Source of the DNA: Octopus vulgaris
Taxonomy: Eukaryota
Length of the DNA stretch: 64,000 nt
Direction: 5' to 3'
Assembly (NCBI GenBank): GCA_951406725.2
Contig: OX597826.1
Span: forward strand, 39,804,001 to 39,868,000
Shown piece by piece: positions 52,855 through 64,000 of this stretch. The notes beneath the pieces are model-generated. The model searched no databases and was not told the origin of the DNA. It saw only the letters and a program-made list of their open reading frames with translations. The translations under genes were made by a program, and so were the position numbers. How positions within the stretch are numbered: position 1 is the stretch's first letter; every line of letters starts with the position of its first letter.

Positions 52855-55679
52855 TAATCCATATAGAGGGAGTTATTTTTACTAGCAGAGTTGACGGTTT
52901 TTGGATTTAAAATTCTCATGAATTAATCTTCTTTTGACTCTAGTAGTTGATCATTCTCCTTCTTCAATTTAAAGGATAAAAATATTTTTAATTTCTCATT
53001 TGCACAAATATGTCGATGTTCACGACATGGAACATTTGTAAGAGATGAATCTGACTTGTTGCTCGTGCATTCTCACGCAATGTATTAATTTCGATTATCT
53101 TTGGCTGATGTAATCCTCATTGTATTGCGGTCACATGAGGTGTGACCGCAAATCAGATATTTTTGTTTTGCAATTCACGCTTGCATTATCATTCAATTCC
53201 TTCTCGTTTCTGAATATTTGGTTTATTCCTTGTTCAATTATTTCACATGTTCAACAATGAGGGTTTCCACTATCTGTGACTCGCATTATTTCTTCTCAGG
53301 TTTGACCTAATAGATGTTACGGTTTTTATGATTCTCGGTGAATACAAACGTAGTATTTATACCCGTGCTTTTGCTTTCACCCTCATTGTAAGTGTTTCCT
53401 CATGAGACAGAAATTGAAATTCATTTGCCTTTTATATGACATGATTTACTAGACCGTTGCCTATTTTTCTTCCTTAAGGAAGAAATTTAATTCTAGAAGC
53501 CATTTCTCTGGTATATTTGTGCCCGTTTTAGTAAATAATAGGATGGGTGGCCAGATCTAAAATCTAAATACTGGTGTGAGAGCGTCTCCTCGCAATAGAA
53601 ATCGGCTGCACTTGTCTCATTGTCTTCAATTATCCCGATGTCCAAACAAGGAAGTTCTTTTTCGTTCGTTTCTCTATGGAATTAAAACGATTCACGAATT
53701 TAAAAAATAATAATTTAAGGCGTCTTGTAATGTCTTCTTTAAATCTATATCAAAATATGAAGCCTTTGCCCAGTATGCTATTCCAGTGTCCTATTAAATA
53801 GGATTGGAAATGTTACCCGAAAGTAAATCTGAAAGAGGCATTGATCTTTCTTCCAGGAATCTCATTATTAGCGTCGCAAATGTTGGTGAGGCTTTTGTTC
53901 TCACTCTCCTACTTTGCATTCGCAGTAATATTATTTATGAAAGAAGTAGTAGTTGTTTTCCAATAGGAATCGTAATTAGTCATGAATAATTTCTTTAGAA
54001 TTTTCTCTGGAATTGTTTGTGAGTGCTTATCGTATTCCACCGGGGATATTTGTGTACTGTATGGTTACGTTGAAATTAACCAAAGACATCTGGAACACGG
54101 TTTAGAACACAGGTTAGACAGTCCATTTCATCTCTTATGAATCTGGGGACAAATTTTCACAATGGTTTCAACTCTACGTCAAATAAATTACTTAATTGGC
54201 GGGTGCTTCGTGTTGGCCCTGCAACGGTTGCAAATAATTTTAAAATAGACGGTTTTGGAATCTTTACATACGTTATCAATAAACTAAATGTACACGTACG
54301 TGGTTATAAAATCTATAAAACTGCAGCCAAACAGCTCTCCAACAAAAGTCAATTTAACATGGCAGGACATATTGAAGAACGTCGCTATGGATAGACTATC
54401 GGGATATAAAATGGTATTGTGCTGGCTGAAAGGTTTTAGTAATTGGTCTGATGGATGAGAGTGTTGTATATAGCCTGGGGCGATATACAATAACAATGTC
54501 ACCACAAAACAACAACAACAGGAATATCAGGAGAACAGTATCAACCAACCAAACAACAGCATTTAAAACATCACCACGAACAGCTTGTTCTCCACCTTTC
54601 CCAGTCAGTACTGTTGACGAATTCCTCGTTGTGTTGCATGTTAACCATAACTATTTGATAAATTCGTTCAACAACTTATGAAGTCAAAAGCAGGAAAAAA
54701 AAATTGTTTAAAATAATTTGAAATACTCTAAATGTATTGTCATAAATTGTGATATTCCTTAAATTAGAAATTATCTCCCACAGTATATTTATTTACATTT
54801 TCATTAGCCTAATCTTATCAAATTTTATTAAAACTGACCAGTAATTATAGAAGGTCACTCTGTGTTTATAGTATTGAATACTTCCATTATTTGAAACAGA
54901 GAAGTGACGACCTTTAATTCATGTTACTTCTTTTTGTCTGACATTTGTTGTAAAACATGCGTGTTCATTAGCGGACAAAAACTAATTATTTATGGAATTA
55001 TCTAAAATGTTGATCAAGTGACAGTTGATAATTAGTATCTGACAAAATATTAAAGGTGATTATAATGTTTTGCAAATATTTTAAACTTCGAGTCTTTCAT
55101 TACTTTTCCGTGTTCATATACTGATCCCAAGTCACCTCTACTCACGTAAACAATGAAAACACGGTACCCCCCAGAGTCATTCGATATGCCATATATAACA
55201 ACTAATTTCCTCTCTTGAAAAGTGGACTGATACAACAAGTACTGTTATCATATATACACTGTGTCTGAAACATGAAAAACTAAGACTAAACAACAGCAAT
55301 AACTGTAACAACTGTACACTATATAACATGAAGAAAAGTTCAAAATTGATCAGCAAAATATTCACTGAACCTGAGAGCTGAACAATTCTCACAATCCTGT
55401 AAAGCCAATCCCCTCACTCATCTTTCTACGTTCACCTCCAGATTTTGAACTTTCTGCAATACCCTCCTTACTTGCTATTTCCCTATAGACGCACCCATAC
55501 CTAGGCACAAGTTAAACAATATCAATGTCGAAGAACTTGTAAATATCGCGACTACGTCTTTTTTTGTGTGTCCATCTATATTGCACAATCTCTGGACATT
55601 ATCTTTGAAATTTTCTTACTATTTTTACTATTTTTTATTATTTTATTTTACTTTTTACTTGTTTGATTCTTACCATTAT

Positions 55680-55783
55680 GGACTCTGATGAAGCTTTCGG
55701 GTTGAACTTTTGTCCAATTTTTGTTCAATTTTTGTAAAACCTTTGTATAATCTACCAAGATTATACAAAGATTTTACAAAAAT
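55680..55783 (+). ncRNA. Hammerhead relic followed by a hairpin
   Basis: CTGATGA-agct-ttcg-ggtt-GAAC-tttt-GTC (one A missing); inverted repeat 55729-55783. Confidence 0.45.
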
Positions 55784-56031
55784 GACGTGTCAACTTTGGC
55801 ATGCTGGACCTCTAAAGTAGAAATAGCTGTAAGAGTAGAGTTATACTCACTCATTTATCCTTCTTTATTTATTCATATGTATAAACATATCAAGCTGATG
55901 TTTGTAATTTGATGTTTGTCAGTTGTCTTCTCCATTTTCTTCCTTCTTTTATAAATTCTGGTTAAACTTTTGTCTACCTTCAGACATACCTGTTATTCAA
56001 TTGTACTATTGCCTTACAACAGTAAGCATTT

Positions 56032-56096
<65 letters not shown>

Positions 56097-56161
56097 CAGT
56101 AGTATATTGGATATTTATTATCCCTTAGATGGTTGTCTAACCTCTAACACATGTATACGTA

Positions 56162-56229
<68 letters not shown>

Positions 56230-56254
56230 ATACATACATACATACATACATACA

Positions 56255-56284
<30 letters not shown>

Positions 56285-56286
<2 letters not shown>

Positions 56287-56496
56287 CGAGGCGGGGACTG
56301 AAAAGCTCCTCGCTTTGGGTTAAAGCAAGTACAGGATGATCAGTTAATTATGATTTTATTCAACATATTCAACATATTTTCACACTTATTGTAGCTGTTG
56401 TTCAGTTTTTCAGACCCCTGTAAAAGAACTCGCAAGTTTGGGCATTCAACCAGGCTGTTCACGATACCCTTAAAGCCAAGAACTCTTCAGCACCCC

Positions 56497-56500
<4 letters not shown>
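56285..56500. mobile_element. Mariner-derived MITE
   Basis: TIRs gggg(a)ctgaaaagctcctcgcttt / aaagccaagaactcttcagcacccc; starts TACGAGG. Confidence 0.7.
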
Positions 56501-56527
<27 letters not shown>

Positions 56528-59500
56528 CATGCATGATTGAAAAATTTTAAACAATGCTTCACACTTGCAGATAATGGTAGTATATCCCAGCAAAAAAAAA
56601 AGAAAGAAAGGAAAGAAGAGAAAATACTAAACGAAAATAAAGGTAAATTAAACATATCACGAACGTTTCCTGTTTACTGAAATCTTGTTCGAAATGTGTT
56701 TTGAAATAATAAATGAACGTAGTTGTGGGAAAACCGAGATATGTTGTTTCCCCAAAGCGCCAAAACTTTTAATTTACGAAGTAAATGTGTTGAGTTTTAA
56801 GTGAGGAAACATTGTAAATATTCATTTTAAGCGGAATATCTTTCCTGATACCAAATAGAATTGCTTGTGATACCTATTCATTTCTAATCATTTTATGAAT
56901 TCTTGTATATTTTAATTGACCAAACTATAAACAGATGATACTGAATAAAATCAATGTATGTTTTTATTGGCGCTGGTGTCGCTGGCAGAAGAATCTGGTG
57001 AAAGGATATTTTTTCAGATGAGTTGTATATAAGAATACCTGCTATAAGCAAATATAAAGAAACAAAACGGGGATGATACTGAAGATGGTACTTATGTGAA
57101 ATATTCCTTGGTGTTTAGTTGCAATAGAAGCAGTTAAGTGCTTGCTTCAATAAAGTTAATAATGAGCTGTAAGAGAGGATTTGAACAGCCATCAACTAAT
57201 TTTATAGATAAAAACATTTTACAAGCACTTATGCTGTTTCTAAAGACAACTCAAGAGAAATATAATGAATTTTATGCGCCAATTCAAATGAATTGACATT
57301 CGTTATTTCACAAGCCTTATGTTACGAAGAGGTTGGTGAAAGCAAAGACGAGGATAAAGAAAAAGAAGAAGAGGGGGAGAGGTGGAGGAGGTGGAGGAGG
57401 CGAAGAGGAAACATTAAATGATCACAAGAGAAATAATGTAATTGGAGAAGATCAATATTTGACATAAGTAATAATGGCTAGTAAAAGAGAGAAACACATG
57501 AGAATCTATAAATACTAACCTTCCTCAGAATATAAATTATATTGCTAACATTTCCATCACGAATGCCATGTAAAAGATTCGATGTAAACTGTAGAGGAAT
57601 TCTCTATAGTGTGCGGAGACTAATGAAGATGTGATAAAACAAAGATTTTGTCATCGGTCAGATCTGATCTGATCAACAGTTAATACGAAGAAATAGCAAT
57701 TTCATTTCCATGACAGTTGTCTAACTTATATCAATTGCAAACGACATTAAACGATTTGGTACTTTGCCATAAACGGATTGACTGCAGAAATAAATATATT
57801 TGTAAAACCTATTTACTATATTTGGTCGCAAAACTAGTCAAGCATCTTATGGAAATATTTTTGACATGTGCTGATCAGTGAATTCCTTAAGGATACATAA
57901 ACTGATGTTGATGATAAATATTTCTCATTCCTCGGCGTATCAACATTCAATACACAGACCTTTCAGTACCGTATGTACAAACACCATCACCAAATTCTGT
58001 ACGTCGAAATTTTGTTTTTCTAGTTTTTAATTTGTTATTATGAATCTATGTAGGCGATTTTACATGGTGGTTCTCAGGGGAAACTTAAACGTATCATATA
58101 TGCAACTTTCAAAACATTAGCTTGTTTGTTCCTTTACTTTTGTTCTATTCAGTTGGGAAATTCGACATCTTTATTTCCTGTTATTTAAATAGGATTAACT
58201 ATTTTCGGAAGATTTCGTACAGATTGTGTAGTTGCGATTGGCAATGTTAAAAAAGGAGACGTATCAGAAATGTTGACTGTTTCTTTTACGTTTCTTTGCT
58301 GATGTTGCTGTTGTTAATACATCGTTTTCTGCAGTTCTAAATTGCCTATAAAAACTCAAAACAGTATATTTATTGCAAGAATTTTACTGTCTTGTTTCCC
58401 TAACCAAAAGACATATAGACGTGAAAACATTTAATAATTTAAAGTTGTGATGTTGGAAGAGCCTCGTACAACACGGTTCCATTAATGGACTTAAATGTAT
58501 AAGATTTCTTGTGACGCCAATGAGAAAGCCTCTTGGAAAGCGGTATTATTGCTCAACAATTTGGTTTCGATTTCTCGTTCAATCTGTTACATTTAGCATA
58601 ATAATGACTCAAAGAAACCAAATGGATTATATATTTTGAATATCCTGATCCGACAAATGTTGCTTCGATTGGAAACCAAACGTACAGCGATTGCTTAAAT
58701 GGAAAATTATTTAATGATACTGTCTCTTCTTTTAACATTTGACAACTTCATGTTCGTTTTAATCTTCATTTAAGTGTCACATGTTTCATTCTCATTAGGT
58801 AATATTAGTAGCAAATATCAATAATTAAATCTGTCGTCATAGTTTTATATTCGATGACTAGCAGTAAATTTATATTTTGAGACTCATCATTTCATTTTTA
58901 CTCTGAGAAAAATAAAAAGGATACGGGGTTGGTCATAACTTGTCTCATATCATTAAATGCGTAAACGTAAGAACCATTCAGAACGTCTTGAAATTTTGCA
59001 ATTAACCTGCATTAGCAAATGGAGGCACTAATTCATGACACCTGTCAAGCAATTTGTCGGTAAATTAGATTAAGGAAACTATGTAAACTACAAATGAGAA
59101 GAGAAAAAACAACAGCGAAACTATTGAGAAATAAGACAAATTATCCCAAATTTAAAAAAGAAATGTATCCGTCAAATATTTCACAATCAACTGATATTAA
59201 ACAAATAAAAAACAAACAAGAGGTATAACAAAGTAACTCGACGACTACATTTGCTGGAGGAAAACTAGAATATCAGTATGAAAACACAGATTCAACGATC
59301 AATATGTCCAGTAATCCTGCTCTTCTTTGCACCCACAATTAATTGATCCCAGCAAAAGCTAGCCGGATGTGTAATTCCTGGTAATTCCTTTGTTATTTTA
59401 AAAACAAGTGAGCCATTAACATGCTTGTTTTAATATTAACATAATCATAGGAAAAAGTAAGCGGGGGTGGGGGAAAATCTCAGCTTCTCTGAAAATGAGA

Positions 59501-60492
59501 GGCAGAATGAAGGAAGCCATTATCAAGGCTTGGTTCCTTCACTTTAGTGAAGGAGAGCCAGTCGTTAATATTGAGCTATAATTGGAAATGAAATGTAGAT
59601 CTAAACATGAGAAAGAGAGAGGGGGAGAGAGGCAGAGAGAGGGAGAGAGGGGAGAGAGAAGGAGAGAGAAAATATCTAAGAATCACATCTGAAAAATCCA
59701 TCTAAAATTCCAGAAAATGTGGAAATTTAAATTTTGGTTCTCGAATAATCACCTTCATCATATTGATGTTTTGTCACAACAAAAAAAAATTGATTTCCTA
59801 TATGTTAATTAAATCACTGTAAAGAGTCGACTATAAGTATCAGTTACTAATTATATATATATATTTTCACCAAGAAATCGATATAGCTAAATACAAGTTT
59901 GAGGATGAACTATGATCGGTTATACCAAATGGGAGAAGATATCAACAACTGTTGTAACCTTGAAATAACGGTTACTGCACATTTTCAGTCATTAATGAGA
60001 TTTTAAATTGCACTATTCGTACACAAAAATCCTAAATATGTATTTAATAATTAGTTTGGGATTTCTGCAATGTTAGAACTTAATACATGAATAATAATGT
60101 GGTTAGTGCATAGAAGATTCAACAGTAGTAAATATTTACTCGACCATAACCATATTTTAAATGTATGCTTATATGTCTTTGCACGAAGTCGGTATAAGTA
60201 TATCATATAATTCAGATACGTAGTGATAAACTACTACACGACGTAACACAAAGATATTCTGAATGAATTAAAATTTCTTAATATTTCTCGTTCTAGAGAG
60301 ACAACATTGATAATTCCTAGTGACTCTGAAAGAAGAAAACGGGAGATAATTCCGAAAATTAGAAAATTCACTTTCCAAATAATTCAATTTGCTTTCTATC
60401 ATATTTTCAAGACTATATATAAAATATATTGGCGTTTAGATGTGTGCCAGAACCACAGTCCTGTCACTTTCAACCTACAAAAAATAACAATC

Positions 60493-60653
60493 AGGCGTAG
60501 GAGTGGCTGTGTGGTAAGTAGCTTGCTTACGAACCAAATGGTTCCGGGTTCAGTCCCACTGCATGGCACCTTGGGCAAGTGTCTTCTACTATAGCCTCGG
60601 GCCGACCAAAGCCTTGTGAGTGGATTTGGTAGACGGAAACTGAAAGAAGCCCG

Positions 60654-60698
<45 letters not shown>

Positions 60699-60930
60699 CG
60701 TGTGTATATGTTTGTGTGTCTCTGTTTGTCGCCCCAACATCGCTTGACAACCGATGCTGGTGTGTTTACGTTCCCGTAACTTAGCAGTTCGGTAAAAGAG
60801 ACCGATAGAATAAGCACTAGGCTTACAAAGAATAAGTCCTGGGGTCGATTTGCTCGACTAAAGGCGGTGCTCCAGCATGGCCACAGTCAAATGACTGAAA
60901 AAATAAAAGAGTAAAAAGAGAGTAAAGAGA
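60493..60930 (+). mobile_element. SINE family A, intact
   Basis: tRNA-like head, internal TA/TG tract, (aaagagt)n tail. Confidence 0.9.
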
Positions 60931-63084
60931 GTACCTCAAATCTTGTCTTCCTTCTGGAAAGGTGCATTGGACAAATTTCTATAATATAATCGGAAAACTT
61001 ACCGATCAAGAACACGCACGCTACGAAGACAAAGTTAACTAAGACGTGTATTTTTTTTACTCATGTTCATAGAATCATTACTAATATATTTTATGTCAAT
61101 AAAAACTGAAAGTCAAAGCTGAATGTTAGTCCATTTTACACTACTAAATTTGACAATATTGCATCAGCAATGACTGTCAAAAGATTATGTTCTTTATAAT
61201 GACTGGCTTGTTTTGGTTTCTATTGAGAAAATATTCATCGTTTCATCTACTCAGCTGGAAGATTTCTAATTCAAGGCAATGAATGGATGCGTGAATTCAC
61301 AATAATTTTCATTGGGATTTCACCTGTATAAATTTGTAAAACGAGAAATGGTGTAAAAGAAGAAAACAAGGGAACTGGTATAGGTGAACTCTCTACAGTA
61401 TTGTTTCTAATTTAGGACGTCGTCTTCCCTATGTGATACAAGAATAAACACGTTGAATTGATGTAAATTTTCAATGATACAATAAAATACAAACATATAT
61501 TGATTCTAAAGAATAGTTTTAGAAATATATTTATATTTCTTGTGAAGTGAGGGAATTTTAATCTGTTTTGACTGTATGCACAGAAGATGCGGGCAATATT
61601 ATATATCCACCAAGGAAATATTAATGTTTCCTTAGTTAGATATATAGTAATTATATAAATATTTCTTTAGTTCTCTCTCAAAACTGAATTAATCAAGTGT
61701 AAAATAATTGTTTTATTTTCAAACAGAAAGTGCCATTGGCTGAAGAGTTAGTTAGTCAAGCTCCTAGCAACATTCAGAGCATTATAGACAAAAACAAACT
61801 ACACACACACACACACACACATACACACACACACACACACTCTTATAATGATACTATGATTTCATGTTATACGTGATGCAAAACTATTGAAATGTCTTCC
61901 GCCTAGTGTAGTTTTGATTTTCTCATGTTAAATTCAACAGTTTTACTTTAAGTTATATGGTTTTTGCAACGAGGTTGCTTTGTAGCTAAACAGATTCACG
62001 TTTCTCATCATTAAGAAGTCAAATCGAAAACATTAATACTTAATAGCAATTCTATTTCATGTTGGCAATAGAATACTTGCTGCAAATAATTTAGATCAAC
62101 ATTACAAACTGATACATAATGTTTCAACAAACCATTTCCACAAAAATTAAAGAAAACGAACAAAGCAAATATATAATTACTAGATCTGCTAAACACCAAG
62201 CAGACCTCAAAAAAATTGCATCATGCTGTCTTTATGTACAGGTATGAGACTCCATGTCCCCAACAGAAATTTGCGTACTTTTATATGTGCCCATCATTAA
62301 AGAACTTTGAGAGACCGGTGGAAAGACAACTGGTTACTTCGTTCTTTTCTAATTTCACATAGTTCCAGTTGCGAAGAACATAATGTACTGTGATGTTTTA
62401 ACACCTTCACCTCATATAGACTATAGCATTAGACGTTTATACAACACAAATACAACTCTCTGTATGTCAGCTACCGTGTTTCAGCCAAAAGAAAAGAGCA
62501 ATGAAACTGGTAGGATTACCAGCTGGAGATTTAACATTAGATATCCCTTCTCCTACTTTGCTATTTAAAGCAACCCACGTGGTAGTGGTGGTGTGGGGGC
62601 TGCTTTCTGTTACCTATATTGATTATCTGATTTGAAGTGGGTGTTCAACCATCAGATGTAATTTTGGAGTGTCCCCGTTCACCATCTTGAGTAGTATTAA
62701 TTTCCGATTTCTGACTAAATAATTTCAGATCCTACTCAAGTGTCATCTGTCCTTTTATTTCTCATGCTGAGTGTCTAGTAAACCCTTCGCAATATACACT
62801 TCTGCCCGTGAGTGGCTTAGTCGCGAATGCCTGACAAAGAAAACAGAATGTACTGGATAAACATGTTGCGAGTACGTTCATACAATAGCGCGTGCAATCA
62901 CACGCACACACACACAAACACACACACACACACACTCATACACACACATACACACACACACACACTCATACACACACATACGTGCACATACACCAACATA
63001 CATAAAAACGCAGGGCATTGAAAACTGTGAGAATGAACGAAAAATTGAAGTCAGAAAAATTGCTGAAAATAACAACGACAGGCT

Positions 63085-64000
63085 CTATGCTTACTAATAA
63101 AATAAAAAGGCATGCTGCGATTGTGACTTTGAAGGGTAAGCATGGGGATTTAGGAATCTCTCGTTTTCTGAAAGTTGCAAGACTTTTGTCCACAAGATTC
63201 AGTGTTAGAGAAAGAGGATGGAAACGTATTACCTGTATCAAAACGAAAAACATCATTCCAAACGTTCTGATCCTATCAGCACACCTGGATTTATTCAGAA
63301 AGTTAAACAAAACATGAAGACATTCCGGGAAAGTCAATGAAGTCAATTGCAAAAAGATTCCGTGCGTCAGAAAAAAGAATCAGAACTGTTGTGCATGAAG
63401 ACACCAGATACAAATCTTACCTGATGAGGAGAGGTCAATTCATGTCAGAAAAACCCCAAAGAAAACAGTTTAATCAGATCCAAAAAACTTTTGAACAAAC
63501 TTAAAAGTCCATCAGGAAATGGTGTAATTTGTTTTTTCTCAGATGAGAAGATCTTTGACCAGGACCAGAAAACTAACGAAAGAAATGACAGATGCCTATG
63601 TGCAGGCCCTTCGGAGGTTCTAAGAGTAATGCACACAAAATTACCTGCAAGTGTCATGGTTTGGGATGTTTTTAGCAATGAAGGACATGTGCTGCCTCCT
63701 TGCCTTTTTCCACAAGGCCTTAGGATGAGTGCTGCTACGTATATTAAGGTTCTGGATAAAGTTATTAAGCATTGGATCAACAGCGTATGCAATGGAAGGC
63801 CTTATGTCTTCCAACAAGATTCTACACCAACACACATGTATGAATGGCCGACAATTTGCAAGGTCATATTGCCCCCAACATTTGGCCTCCTAATTCTCCA
63901 GCTCTCGATCCACTGGACTACTATGTATGGAGCATCGTTGAGAAAAATGTCAATGAACACCCCTATAACACCAAAGATTCTTTGAAAGCTGCCATAGTTC
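63085..64000 (+). mobile_element. maT/DD37D-like transposase, decayed, runs off the window
   Basis: FFSDEKIF; VMVW; YVFQQDSTPTH; frameshifted WPPNSPALDPLDYYVW. Confidence 0.9.

Noticed and set aside
53700-54510. Possible ancient LINE RT relic (FIDF motif)
   Set aside because: A single short motif with no second diagnostic motif found
63491-63985. 164-aa ORF as a functional or domesticated gene
   Set aside because: Frameshift after QQDSTPTH and upstream stops indicate a decayed transposase

Overview
AT-rich, repeat-saturated animal genomic DNA. The SINE families and dense (TA)n tracts resemble an octopus genome (inference). I found no intact host gene: nearly all listed ORFs are microsatellite translations or decayed transposon frames. 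Recognisable content: four tRNA-derived SINE families (labelled A-D here), many Penelope-like element (PLE) fragments (RT and GIY-YIG), a near full-length decayed CR1-like LINE, RTE and R4/Dong fragments, mariner and maT-like transposase relics, MITEs, two probable solo LTRs and a 100-N gap. The main hidden signal is about 15 minimal type I hammerhead-ribozyme (HHR)-like motifs from several unrelated short element families, most next to (TA)n tracts. They include a retrozyme-like tandem array (22.8-23.4 kb), a family with a compensatory U3:A8 core, and asymmetric foldback insertions whose short arm stops at an internal TATA run. All ribozyme calls were made by eye, and activity is untested.
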